A stretch of 64,000 nt of DNA from an uncultured Oscillospiraceae bacterium. Its GTDB lineage: Bacteria; Bacillota; Clostridia; Oscillospirales; Oscillospiraceae. The notes under the pieces were generated by a model. That model ran no database searches. It had not been told where the DNA came from and worked only from the letters and a program-made list of their open reading frames with translations. The position numbers and the translations under genes are program-made. Location: assembly GCA_947624985.1 (NCBI GenBank), contig CANQMO010000012.1, forward strand, positions 19,549 through 83,548, written 5' to 3'. Every line of letters starts with the position of its first letter. The first letter of the stretch is position 1. Below, in pieces: positions 7,216 to 16,282 of the stretch.

Positions 7216-8138
7216 ACCAGTATGTGGCGCTTCTCAACGACATCGACCGGCGGCTGACGGCGGAGGGACTGGATACCAAACTGGTGTTCCTGCTCTACCA
7301 GGAGCTGCTGTGGCCGCCCATCCGGGCGCGGCTGGAGCACCCGGACCGGTTCGTGCTCATGTTCGCGCCCATCAGCCGCACCTTCGCGCGGTCCTACGAC
7401 ACCGCCGGCGTGCCGCCCATCCCCCCTTACGTCCGCAACCGCATCACCCTGCCCGGCGATCTGGGGGAGAATCTGGCCTTTCTCCGGGGCTGGCAGGAGA
7501 TATTCGGCGGCGACAGTTTCGTCTACGACTACCCTCTGGGCCGGGCCCACTACGGGGACCTGGGCTATATCCACATCGCCCGCGTCATTTTTGAGGACGC
7601 GCACAAGCTCGGCGCGCTGGGTCTGAACGGGTATGTCAGCTGCCAGGAGCTGCGGGCGGGCTCGCCCAACTTTCTGCCCAACTACGTGATGGGCCGGGCC
7701 CTGCTGGACGGGGAGGCGGACTTTGACGCCATCGTGGAGGAATACTTCGCCGCCGCCTACGGCGAGGGCGCGGACATAGCGCGGGACTGTCTGACAGGGC
7801 TGTCCCGGCTGCAGCTGTGCGACTACGTCAACGGCAAGGGGCCGAGGGTCGATGAGCGCGCCGCGGAAAAGGCCGGCGAGGCCGGGCGGCTGTGCGGAGA
7901 GCTGGCCGCGGCCGCGGCGCGGTACGCCGGGCCGTTCTGGCGGGCGCTGGGCCATCACGCCCGGTACGCCGGGCTGCTGGCCCGGGCGCTGGAGCTGCTG
8001 GCCCAGGGCAGGGATAACGAAGCCCACGCCGCCTGGGAGGCGATGGCCGGGTATATCCGCGCCTCCGAGCGGGAATATCAGCCCTGGCTGGACGTATACC
8101 GGGTGCTGGATGTGACCGGCAATTACACCGGCCTGTAA
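7216..8138 (+). pseudogene. C-terminal ~300 codons of a DUF4838-like glycan-associated protein (5'-truncated)
   Basis: Protein-like sequence ...LNDIDRRLTAEGLDTKLVFLLYQELLWPPIRARLEHPDRFVLMFAPISRTF...YDYPLGRAHYGDLGY... has no credible start or RBS. It abuts the truncated TIM-like gene head-to-head. The family assignment is from memory and tentative. Confidence 0.45.
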
Positions 8139-8173
8139 GCGTCCATCCGCTTTCCCATCGGGGTATTTACTAT

Positions 8174-8265
8174 GAGCGCCGCCCGCCGCGTCCATCGGTG
8201 GAAGGACATCCAGTATATCTAAACGAGTCCCCGGTCAGCCGCAAGGCCGACCGGGGATTTTGTGT
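8174..8265 (+). repeat. Direct repeat copy 2: orphan recombinase 3' end (..SAARRVHRWKDIQYI*, 8174-8220) plus terminator hairpin
   Basis: Matches 1871-1969 (see copy 1). There is no recombinase body upstream. The hairpin CCCCGGTC..GACCGGGG is followed by ATTTTGTGT. Confidence 0.85.
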
Positions 8266-8328
8266 ATGAGACCCAAAACGCTTGATCATATTTCTTGCTG
8301 ATAGTTATGAATGACGCGAGTATCCGTC

Positions 8329-8357
8329 TTGTGATAAGCCGGCCGGTGTGATACAAT
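8329..8357 (+). promoter_or_regulatory. Promoter of the first DUF554 gene
   Basis: TTGTGA (8329-8334), a 17-nt spacer, then TACAAT (8352-8357), 19 nt upstream of ATG 8376. Confidence 0.5.
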
Positions 8358-8375
8358 GTCCCGGAAGAAAGAGAG

Positions 8376-9104
8376 ATGGTGTTTGTGATCGGACTGGGTA
8401 CGGTCCTCAACGCGGCCGGGATCGTTCTGGGCGGACTGCTGGGGATGGTGTGCGGCAGGTTTTTATCGGAGCGGGTCCAGCAGACCCTGAATATGGCCTG
8501 CGGCGTGAGCGTGCTGTTTCTGGGTATCGCCGGCGCCATGGAGGGCATGCTGTCCATTAAGGACGGAGCCCTTTCCAGCGGCGGGACCATGATGATCGTG
8601 GGCAGCCTTGCCCTGGGCGGCCTGGTGGGAGAGCTCATCGACCTGGAAAGCGGCTTTGAGCGGTTCGGCGAGTGGTTGAAGATCAAGACCGGCAACGCCA
8701 GGGAGCAGCGGTTCGTGGAGGGCTTCGTCACCGCGTCGCTGACCGTGTGCGTAGGGGCCATGGCCATCGTGGGCGCCATTGAGGACGGTATGTTCGGGGA
8801 CTGGTCCATCCTTGCGACAAAAGCGGTGCTGGACCTGATCATCGTGCTGGTGATGACCTGCTCTCTGGGGAGAGGGTGCCTTTTCTCCGCCATCCCCGTG
8901 GTGCTGCTCCAGGGGAGCGTGACAGCGCTGGCCCGGTTCATCCGGCCCGTCATGACCGACGCCGCGCTGGCCAATCTCTCTCTGGTGGGGTCTATCCTCA
9001 TCTTCTGCGTGGGACTGAATCTGGTCTGGGGCAAGAAGATACGGGTGGCGAATCTGCTGCCCGCCATAGTATTCGCGGTGATATTCGCGTTTTTGCCCCT
9101 GTGA
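8376..9104 (+). CDS. DUF554-family integral membrane protein (YdfK/YqgA-like)
   Basis: MVFVIGLGTVLNAAGIVLGGLLG... is a multi-pass hydrophobic protein with motifs GFVTASL.VCVGAM.I.G and the LNL.. K.I.VANLLPA.. C-terminus typical of DUF554. Confidence 0.8.
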   Translation: MVFVIGLGTVLNAAGIVLGGLLGMVCGRFLSERVQQTLNMACGVSVLFLGIAGAMEGMLSIKDGALSSGGTMMIVGSLALGGLVGELIDLESGFERFGEWLKIKTGNAREQRFVEGFVTASLTVCVGAMAIVGAIEDGMFGDWSILATKAVLDLIIVLVMTCSLGRGCLFSAIPVVLLQGSVTALARFIRPVMTDAALANLSLVGSILIFCVGLNLVWGKKIRVANLLPAIVFAVIFAFLPL

Positions 9105-9132
9105 GAAGAAAGCTGCGCTTAGTTTAAAAATC

Positions 9133-9161
9133 AGCGCGTTTTGCAAAATGCAAAACGCGCT
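9133..9161. terminator. Bidirectional intrinsic terminator
   Basis: AGCGCGTTTTGCA-AAA-TGCAAAACGCGCT forms a 13-14 bp perfect stem. It is flanked by an A-run on the left and TGGTGTTTTT on the right, between convergent genes. Confidence 0.8.
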
Positions 9162-9189
9162 TGGTGTTTTTAAATGATCGTGTCCGGCC

Positions 9190-9351
9190 TTACATGACGA
9201 AGGTGGCGCCGAACACGGTGGCGAGACGGGCGTTGCGATTCACGGTCAGCATACGCCTGCGGGTGGGCTCGGCCATATCCCGGGCCTTCCGGAGCTCCCA
9301 CTTGGTCTGCCGGTTCTTCATGGCAGTGTAGCTTGCGTCATAATACTTCAT
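9190..9351 (-). CDS. Small basic hypothetical protein (53 aa)
   Basis: RBS GAAAGGAG precedes ATG 9351. Sequence is MKYYDASYTAMKNRQTKWELRKARDMAEPTRRRMLTVNRNARLATVFGATFVM*. No family recognised. Confidence 0.35.
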   Translation of the reverse strand: MKYYDASYTAMKNRQTKWELRKARDMAEPTRRRMLTVNRNARLATVFGATFVM

Positions 9352-9458
9352 TGCTTGGTTCTCCTTTCTGGTTGCCGAGGGCGTTTCCCTCATCGCGGCC
9401 ATATATTACTGTAAACCAAGCCAATAAAATATCAAATTTCAACTATTTATTGCAAAAA

Positions 9459-10235
9459 TCAATTGTAATTTCCTACAATATCAGTCTGTATTGGCAGTTG
9501 ACGCTTGTTTGCCTTCCGGTATTGATTGGGCGTTTGCCCGACGTAGGCCCGAAAGGCGTTGGCGTAGTGGGAGGCGGAGGTGAAGGAGAAAAACTGGGCG
9601 ATATCGGTGACGGAGAAATCGGAGTAGGCCAGCAGCGTCTTGCTGGCCTCCAGCTTTTTCTCCCGGATGAACTGGCCCAGGCTCCTGTCGGTCTCCCGGG
9701 CGAACAGGGCGGACAGGTAACTGACCGACACGCCCACATGCCCGGCCAGGTCCGGCAGGCGGATGGACTCGTGCAGGTGCTGGTCGATATAGTCCATGGC
9801 GTTGATCACATGCAGGGAGTAGGACTGGCTCTTGTCCAGCGCTCTCATCCGGGCGGCGAAGTCCCGGATCATGGTGTCCTGCAGGTCGATGACCTGCCGG
9901 GGCTCGTCGCACCGGTCCGCCTGCTGGATGTAGAGGTCGCTGAGCCCATAAGCCACCTCCGGCGGCAGGCCGCCCTGGATACATACGCGGCAGGCCAGGG
10001 TGACGGTGCTGACCAGCAGATACTGGTGGTGCCGGAGCGGGTCGGGGGAGAGCGTGCCGGTGTTGCGCCCGCTCTCCAGTGACTGGCGCAGCAGGACCGC
10101 CGCCTCCGGGTCCCCCCGCTTCAGAAGCTCGAACGGGCGCATTTCCTCCCGCAGGGAGGCGTGGATAAAGCCCTCCTCCCGCTGCCTAAAAAGCAGGTCG
10201 GAGAGGGCTTTTCCAATGGCGTCGTTGTCTGCCAA
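9459..10235 (-). CDS. AraC-family transcriptional regulator
   Basis: C-terminal HTH_18 region INAMDYIDQHLHESIRLPDLAGHVGVSVSYLSALFARETDRSLGQFIREKKLEASKTLL.YSDFSVTDIAQFFSFTSASHYANAFRAYVGQTPNQYRK. There is no ATG. The proposed start is TTG 10235, preceded by AAAAGGAG that overlaps the stop of the upstream gene. Confidence 0.75.
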   Translation of the reverse strand: MADNDAIGKALSDLLFRQREEGFIHASLREEMRPFELLKRGDPEAAVLLRQSLESGRNTGTLSPDPLRHHQYLLVSTVTLACRVCIQGGLPPEVAYGLSDLYIQQADRCDEPRQVIDLQDTMIRDFAARMRALDKSQSYSLHVINAMDYIDQHLHESIRLPDLAGHVGVSVSYLSALFARETDRSLGQFIREKKLEASKTLLAYSDFSVTDIAQFFSFTSASHYANAFRAYVGQTPNQYRKANKRQLPIQTDIVGNYN

Positions 10236-10248
10236 GGGGGGCTCCTTT

Positions 10249-11055
10249 TTACGCCTCGGGGTCCACGGTGATGTCCGCGCCGAAGTATTTTTCGCTGAGC
10301 TCGGACAGCGTCCCGTCGTCCCGCATGGCGGCGATGGCCTCGTTGATGGCGTCGCGCAGGGAGGCGGTCTCATCCCCCTTGCGCATGGGGATGGCCACCA
10401 GATTGGCCTCGTCGGTGTAGGCCACTACTTTCAGGGGCGCGTCGGGCTGCTCGTTCAGGTAATCCAGCACGGACACCTCCGCGTTCAGCGTGGCGTCCGC
10501 CCGTCCGGAGGCCACCATCTGCATGGTCTCGCCCAGAGAGTCCACGCCCTGGCAGGTGGCGCCGTAATCCTCCGCCAGCTCCATATAGGTGCTGCCGATG
10601 CTGTTGGAGGTGGTCTTGCCCTTCAGGTCCTCAAAGGAGGTAATGTCCTCGTTGTCCTCCCGGACCACCAGGGCGGTGCGGATGTAGGCGTAGGGGTCGG
10701 AGAAGTCGTATTTCTCGCTGCGCTCGTCGGTGATGTCCACGCCGTTTATCACCAGGTCGTAGCGCTTGGCATCCATGCCGGCGAACAGTCCGTCCCACTC
10801 GCCCTCCACGAATTCCGCTTCCACGCCCAGATGGTCGGCGATATACCGGCCCACCTCCACGTCGAAGCCCACCAGTTCGTCGTCCTCGTCGTGATAGGTC
10901 CAGGGGGCCCAGGTGCCCTCCATGGCGATGGTCAGCACGCCGCTGTCCTGAATGGCGGCCAGCAGGTCGTCCTCTCCGGCGGCGTACGCGCTCAAGCCGG
11001 AGACAAGGCTCAGGCACAGAACCAGCGCCAGAGCGAGAGTGATGGCTTTTTTCAT
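10249..11055 (-). CDS. Polar amino-acid ABC transporter substrate-binding protein (family 3)
   Basis: Signal peptide MKKAITLALALVLCLSLVSGLSAYAAG. SBP_bac_3 motifs are present: LTIAMEGTWAPWTY.DEDDELVGFDVEV, DGLFAGMDAKRYDLVINGV. Confidence 0.85.
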   Translation of the reverse strand: MKKAITLALALVLCLSLVSGLSAYAAGEDDLLAAIQDSGVLTIAMEGTWAPWTYHDEDDELVGFDVEVGRYIADHLGVEAEFVEGEWDGLFAGMDAKRYDLVINGVDITDERSEKYDFSDPYAYIRTALVVREDNEDITSFEDLKGKTTSNSIGSTYMELAEDYGATCQGVDSLGETMQMVASGRADATLNAEVSVLDYLNEQPDAPLKVVAYTDEANLVAIPMRKGDETASLRDAINEAIAAMRDDGTLSELSEKYFGADITVDPEA

Positions 11056-11056
11056 T

Positions 11057-11800
11057 TCAATCATCCTTTCTGTCAAGGGAGCGGAGAAAGCTCTGTACCC
11101 GCTCCAGTTTTTGTTCCTCGAAAAATTCCGCCGTAGGGGCCGCCGTCAGGACCTGGCCCTGGTCCATGAACAATACCCGGGTGGAGACGTGCCGGGCGAA
11201 GTTCACCTCGTGGGTGACGATGACCATGGTCATGCCGTCCTCGGCCAGACCACGGATCACCTCCAGGACCCCGCCGATGAGCTCCGGGTCCAGCGCGGAG
11301 GTGGGTTCGTCCAGAAAGATCACGTCCGGCCGGACCGCCACCGCCCGGGCGATGGCCACACGCTGCTGCTGTCCGCCGGACAGCTGGCTGGGATAGGCGT
11401 CCCGCCGGTCCGCCAAGCCCACCTTCTCCAGCGCCGCCATGGCCCGCTCCTCCGCCTGTGCCCGGGGTATCTTCCGGGGCACGATGAGCCCCTCGGTGAC
11501 GTTTTGCAGGGCCGTCTTGTTGGAGAAAAGGTTGAAGCTCTGGAATACGAAGGCGGTGTGCCGCCGGTAGGCGGCGATCTCCTTCCGGCTGAGCCGGGGC
11601 ATATCCATGGTCCGGCCTATAAAGGTCATCTGTCCCGCGTCGGCCCGCTCCAGATAGTTCAGGCACCGCAGCAGCGTGGTCTTGCCGCCGCCGGAGGGTC
11701 CCAGCACCGCCAGCACGTCCCCCTTTTCCACGGTCAGATCCACCCCGGAGAGTATCTCCCGGCCATGGAAGGATTTTTTCAGTCCGGTAACTTCAAGCAC
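11057..11800 (-). CDS. Amino-acid ABC transporter ATP-binding protein
   Basis: Walker A GPSGGGKTT, signature LSGGQQQRVAIARA and Walker B IFLDEPTSALD are present, GlnQ/ArtP-like. Confidence 0.9.
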   Translation of the reverse strand: MLEVTGLKKSFHGREILSGVDLTVEKGDVLAVLGPSGGGKTTLLRCLNYLERADAGQMTFIGRTMDMPRLSRKEIAAYRRHTAFVFQSFNLFSNKTALQNVTEGLIVPRKIPRAQAEERAMAALEKVGLADRRDAYPSQLSGGQQQRVAIARAVAVRPDVIFLDEPTSALDPELIGGVLEVIRGLAEDGMTMVIVTHEVNFARHVSTRVLFMDQGQVLTAAPTAEFFEEQKLERVQSFLRSLDRKDD

Positions 11801-12476
11801 GGATCACATTCCCTCCGTTCATGGCGTTGAGTTTCTTCTCTCCCAGGGCCTGGAGCTTTGTGATGACCGTGCAGAAGAACAGATAGATCACAGCCACCTC
11901 CGAGTACAGCGCCAGAGCCTCGTAGGTCCGGCCCACTACCCGCTGGGTGGCCATGAACATCTCCATGACCGTGATATTGGCGGCCAGAGACGTGTCCTTC
12001 ACCATGGAAATGAGAGAATTGGAAAGCGGCGGGAACGCGGTGCGGAACGCCTGGGGCAGCACGATACGGCCCATGATCTGCACATAGCTCATGCCCACGC
12101 AGTAACCGGCCTCCATCTGGCCTTTGGGCACCGCTTCGATGGCGGCCCGGACCGTCTCCGCGCAGTAGGCTCCCTCGTTCAGGGCGAACACCGCCACCGC
12201 GCAGGGGAACGCCGGCAGCATGACGCCCAGATCCGGCAGGCCGAAATAGACCAGGTACAGCTGCACCAGCAGGGGCGTGCCCCGCACGATCCATATGTAA
12301 AACCGCACCAGCTGCTTCAGCCCCCTGACGTCCGCGATCTGGATCATGGCGCAGATCACCGCGATCACCAGCGCCAGCGCAAAGGAGATCACCGTCAGCG
12401 GCAGCGTCACCATGAGCCCCTGGCCCAGAATGCGGGGGAAGGATGTGACAAGGATATCTACCAGTCTCTCGCTCAA
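11793..12476 (-). CDS. Amino-acid ABC transporter permease (His/Glu/Gln/Arg/opine family)
   Basis: ...YIWIVRGTPLLVQLYLVYFGLP... and the EA....G....QI...VLPQA motif. Proposed TTG start at 12476, 7 nt after GAGGAGG. The longer track ORF has no RBS. Confidence 0.8.
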   Translation of the reverse strand: MSERLVDILVTSFPRILGQGLMVTLPLTVISFALALVIAVICAMIQIADVRGLKQLVRFYIWIVRGTPLLVQLYLVYFGLPDLGVMLPAFPCAVAVFALNEGAYCAETVRAAIEAVPKGQMEAGYCVGMSYVQIMGRIVLPQAFRTAFPPLSNSLISMVKDTSLAANITVMEMFMATQRVVGRTYEALALYSEVAVIYLFFCTVITKLQALGEKKLNAMNGGNVIRA

Positions 12477-12622
12477 ACCATGGCCTCCTCGGGAAAAGTT
12501 CCTTATTATTATAAAACCTATCGGGCAAAAGGGCAATTATTGAAGTTGTATAAAATTTGCCGTCCGCAACATGGCTGCCTGACGCCATAGAATGGAGGGG
12601 CGGAGATATTGTAAAAAAATGC

Positions 12623-12651
12623 TTTACAATGACATAAGATTCTGTTATAAT
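12623..12651 (+). promoter_or_regulatory. Promoter of the DAACS symporter gene
   Basis: TTTACA (12623-12628), a 17-nt spacer, then TATAAT (12646-12651). Confidence 0.55.
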
Positions 12652-12691
12652 ACATCCATCTGGACAAAATGGAAAAGGAGTGTCGATCATA

Positions 12692-13939
12692 ATGTCTGCA
12701 CTGAAAAAACTCAAGCTGCCCGCGTGGATCTTCATCGGTATGATCCTGGGTATCGTAGTCGGTCTTGGCTGTATGTACGGCATGGCCGACGGCGGGGCGT
12801 TCACCACCGCGTATCTGAAGCCCTTCGGGGACATCTACATCAACCTTCTGAAATTCCTGGTGGTCCCCGTTGTGCTGACCAGTATCGTCAGCGGCGTGGT
12901 GAGCCTGGGCGACATCAAGCGGGTGGGCTCTATTGGCTGGAAGACCATCGTCTACTATCTGGCCACCACCGCCGTGGCCATCGTCATCGGCCTGGCGTTC
13001 GCCTCCGCCGCCAACGGCATGCACCTGTTCCCGGTGCTGGAGGTCTCCGGCCTGGAGTATGAGGCCAGTTCCTCCAACGTCATGGACGTGATCAAGGGCA
13101 TTTTCCCCAGCAACATGTGGCAGAGCTTTTCCGACGCCAATATGTTGCAGGTCATCGTGGTGGCCCTGTTCCTGGGCGCCGGTATCCTGATGGCCGGCGA
13201 CGCGGGAAAGAAGTTCTCCGACGTGATGGAGAGCGCCTATGCCGTGGTCATGAAGGTCATGGGCTTCATCATCAAGATCACCCCCATCGGCGTGTTCTGC
13301 CTGATGGCCGACGTGGTGGCCGTGAACGGGCCCAAGATCGTGGGCTCCCTGCTGCTGGTCATCGCGGTGGCGTATCTGGCCTATGTGGTCCACTTCGTGC
13401 TGTGCTACGGCGTGTCCGTGAGCGCTCTGGGCAAGGTGGGCTTCGGCAAGTTCGTCAAGGGTATCTACCCGGCCATGGTCGTGGCCTTCACCACCACCTC
13501 CTCCGCCGCCACCCTGCCTGTGACCATCGAGTGCTCCAATAAGATGGGCTCCGACCCCGAGGTCAGCTCCTTCGTGCTGCCCTTGGGCGCCACCATCAAC
13601 ATGGACGGCACCGCCATTTACATGGGCGTCACCTCCATCTTCATCGCCACCTGCTACGGCGTCAGCCTGACGCTGGGCCAGATGGCCATGATCGTTCTGA
13701 CCGCCACCCTGGCCTCCATCGGCACCGCCGGCGTGTCCGGCGCGGGCATGATCATGCTGGCCATGGTGCTGGAGAGCGTGGGTCTGCCGGTAGAGGGTAT
13801 CGCCCTGATCGCCGGCGTCGACAAGCTGTTTGATATGGGCCGTACCACGTTGAACATCGTGGGCGACTCCACCTGCGCGCTGTACATGTCCCGTCTGGAC
13901 GCCAAGCGCGCTGCACGTCTGGCTGCTGCTAAGAAGTAG
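12692..13939 (+). CDS. Dicarboxylate/amino acid:cation symporter (DAACS/GltP family)
   Basis: MSALKKLKLPAWIFIGMILGIVVG...YINLLKFLVVPVVLTSIVSGV..., SSAATLPVT, GATINMDGTA and GVSGAG motifs of the sodium:dicarboxylate symporter family. Confidence 0.85.
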   Translation: MSALKKLKLPAWIFIGMILGIVVGLGCMYGMADGGAFTTAYLKPFGDIYINLLKFLVVPVVLTSIVSGVVSLGDIKRVGSIGWKTIVYYLATTAVAIVIGLAFASAANGMHLFPVLEVSGLEYEASSSNVMDVIKGIFPSNMWQSFSDANMLQVIVVALFLGAGILMAGDAGKKFSDVMESAYAVVMKVMGFIIKITPIGVFCLMADVVAVNGPKIVGSLLLVIAVAYLAYVVHFVLCYGVSVSALGKVGFGKFVKGIYPAMVVAFTTTSSAATLPVTIECSNKMGSDPEVSSFVLPLGATINMDGTAIYMGVTSIFIATCYGVSLTLGQMAMIVLTATLASIGTAGVSGAGMIMLAMVLESVGLPVEGIALIAGVDKLFDMGRTTLNIVGDSTCALYMSRLDAKRAARLAAAKK

Positions 13940-14006
13940 GCCAGACAGAGCGACACATCGTCTGGCCTGCAATGAGAAGGCCGGACGCATAGCAGAGCTG
14001 CAAGCA

Positions 14007-14037
14007 CCCCCGGCCTGGGCACAGGCCGGGGGTTTTT
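14007..14037 (+). terminator. Intrinsic terminator
   Basis: CCCCCGGCCT-GGGCAC-AGGCCGGGGG forms a 10-bp stem followed by TTTTT. Confidence 0.85.
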
Positions 14038-14082
14038 GTATCTATATAATATCAAGAACCGTATGCACAGGAGGAAAGAGCG

Positions 14083-15294
14083 ATGCGGACTATAGAAAGT
14101 TCCGACAAAATGAAGCAGATCCATAGCGACATCCGCGGCCCCATATACCGGCGGGCCTTAGAGATGGAGCAGCAGGGGATACCCGTGCTGAAGCTCAACA
14201 CCGGCAATCCGGGGGCCTTTGGCTTCACCATGCCGGACAGTGTGCGAAAGGCGCTGCTGGAGGGGGTGGACCGGGCGGTGGCCTACTGTGACCCCCGGGG
14301 CATGCCGGAAGCCCGGGATGCCCTGCGGGCCTACCATACCAACCAGGGCCTGCAAGGAGTGCGGATAGAGGATATCTTCATCGGCAACGGGGTCAGCGAG
14401 ATGGCCCAGATGGTGTGCACCAGCCTTCTCAGCGCCGGAGACGAGCTTCTCATGCCCATGCCCAGTTACAGCCTCTGGTCCAACGCGGCGTACCTGGCCG
14501 GCGGCAAGCCGGTATTCTACCTGTGCGACGAGCAGGCCGACTGGGCGCCGGACGTGCGGGACATGGCCCGGAAGATCACGCCCCGGACCCGGGCCATACT
14601 GCTCATCAACCCCAACAATCCCACCGGACAGGTATACGGCCCCTCGCTGGTGGAGCAGGTGGCCGCCCTGGCCCGGGAGCGGGGCCTGCCCATCATCTCC
14701 GACGAGATATACGACCGCCTCATCATGGACCATGTACCTTTCCGGTCTACGGGGGCGCTGGTGCCGGACCTGCCGGTGATCACTCTCAACGGCCTGTCCA
14801 AGAGCCATGTGGTGTGCGGTTTTCGCTGCGGCTGGGCGGTGGTGACAGGCCCCGCGGCACTGACGGCGGAGCTGAAGGACTGCCTTATGAAGCTGTCGGC
14901 CCTGCGGCTGTGCGGCAACGCCCTGACCCAGCTGGTGATCCCCGCGGCCATGAAGGACACGGCCAGCACCCGGGCGATGCTGTCGCCCGGCGGGCGTATC
15001 TATGAGCAGCGGGAGGCGGCGGTCCGGGCCCTGGACCAACTGGACTGCATCCGTTACGTGAAGCCCCGGGCGGCCTTTTACATCTTCCCGAAAATAGCGG
15101 ACCGCATCCGCATCCGGGACGACCGGCGCTTTGCCCTGGACCTGCTGGAGAGAAAGCACATTCTGCTGGTGCCGGGCAGCGGCTTCGACTGGCCGGACCC
15201 GGACCACTTCCGGCTGGTGCTCCTGCCGGAGCCGGAGGAGACCTACCGGGCAATCCTGGAGATAGGCGACTTTTTGGAGCATTACCGGCAATAA
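14083..15294 (+). CDS. PLP-dependent aminotransferase class I/II (AlaA-like)
   Basis: IHSDIRGPIYRRALEMEQQGIPVLKLNTGNPGAFGF and LSKSHVVCGFRCGW (PLP lysine) are present. GGAGG RBS. Confidence 0.9.
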   Translation: MRTIESSDKMKQIHSDIRGPIYRRALEMEQQGIPVLKLNTGNPGAFGFTMPDSVRKALLEGVDRAVAYCDPRGMPEARDALRAYHTNQGLQGVRIEDIFIGNGVSEMAQMVCTSLLSAGDELLMPMPSYSLWSNAAYLAGGKPVFYLCDEQADWAPDVRDMARKITPRTRAILLINPNNPTGQVYGPSLVEQVAALARERGLPIISDEIYDRLIMDHVPFRSTGALVPDLPVITLNGLSKSHVVCGFRCGWAVVTGPAALTAELKDCLMKLSALRLCGNALTQLVIPAAMKDTASTRAMLSPGGRIYEQREAAVRALDQLDCIRYVKPRAAFYIFPKIADRIRIRDDRRFALDLLERKHILLVPGSGFDWPDPDHFRLVLLPEPEETYRAILEIGDFLEHYRQ

Positions 15295-15416
15295 GGGGCC
15301 CGGGACCCTGTCGGTCCGGGGCAGTTCTCCGGCCACTTTTTACTTTTCCTATGCAAACGGCTAAAAGTGTGCTATACTAAGCCGGCTATATCAATACATA
15401 GGACGGATCTGGGACA

Positions 15417-16202
15417 GTGTGGAAGTATTTTGGCGTATTTTGTAACGTACTCACGGTGCTGCTGGGCGGCGCGCTGGGGCTGCTGCTCCGGCGGCGGTCC
15501 GGAAAAAAAGCGGCGGCGGGAAAGGACAAGCTCCCGCCCAGAGAGGACCTGCCGGGCGCCATGATGGTGTGCCTGGGGTTCTGCACCGTGTTCGCGGCGG
15601 CCTCCGGCGTCGTGGGCGTGGAGAGCGGGGCGCAGGCACTGATCGTGGTGGCGTCCATGGCCGGGGGCCTGCTTCTGGGCTGGCTGCTGCGGCTGGATGA
15701 CCGGCTGAACCGGCTGGGGGACGCGGTGCTGACCCGCCTGGGCGGCGGCGCGGCGGGCGTGAGCGATCCGGCGGAGGGCTTCGTGACGGCCTGCCTGCTT
15801 TTCTGCATCGGCTCCATGACGGTGCTGGGCTCTTTTGAGAGCGCCGCCAACCCGCCTGGCCGCCTGGCGCTGGAGTGCCACACCACGCTGCTGATCAAGT
15901 CCATGCTGGACTTCGTATCCTCCACATGCCTGTCCGTCACCTATGGCGCGTCGGTGATGGCCTCGGCGGCCTTCGTGCTGGCGTTCCAGGGGGTCCTGGT
16001 GGCTCTGGCCGCCTCTATCCAGCCCTTTTTGGAGCAGACCGGCGCCCTGCCGGTCATGAACTGCGCCGGGTCGCTGATCCTGCTGGCCATCGCCATGAAT
16101 CTGCTGGGCCTGAAGAAGATCAAAACGGCGGATTACCTGCCGGCCCTGTTTTTGCCCATACTCATCTGCTGGGTTTTGGCGGCTTTTGGCGTGCCGGTGT
16201 GA
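15417..16202 (+). CDS. DUF554-family integral membrane protein, second paralogue
   Basis: GTG start. Same architecture as 8376-9104 (GFVTACLLFCIGSMTVLGS..., LNLLGLKKIKTADYLPALF), with an extra Arg/Lys/Ala-rich insert RRRSGKKAAAGKDKLPPRED after the first helix. Confidence 0.75.
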   Translation: MWKYFGVFCNVLTVLLGGALGLLLRRRSGKKAAAGKDKLPPREDLPGAMMVCLGFCTVFAAASGVVGVESGAQALIVVASMAGGLLLGWLLRLDDRLNRLGDAVLTRLGGGAAGVSDPAEGFVTACLLFCIGSMTVLGSFESAANPPGRLALECHTTLLIKSMLDFVSSTCLSVTYGASVMASAAFVLAFQGVLVALAASIQPFLEQTGALPVMNCAGSLILLAIAMNLLGLKKIKTADYLPALFLPILICWVLAAFGVPV

Positions 16203-16282
16203 TTGGTACTTGCAGTTTGCGGGAAAATATGCTTAAATATATTTAAGTTATTAAAAGCGCACGACTGAAAGGAGCGTTGAGG

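Noticed and set aside
6657-8195. 512-aa minus-strand ORF as an intact gene
   Set aside because: Only the C-terminal ~185 residues look like a real (TIM-family) protein. Upstream it is antisense noise opposite a plus-strand protein-like sequence.
15295-15416. Terminator-like GC segment after the aminotransferase gene (GGGCCCGGGACCCTGTCGGTCCGGGGC)
   Set aside because: Pairing is imperfect (a 5-bp core stem with mismatches) and there is no clean T-tract, so it is too weak to call.
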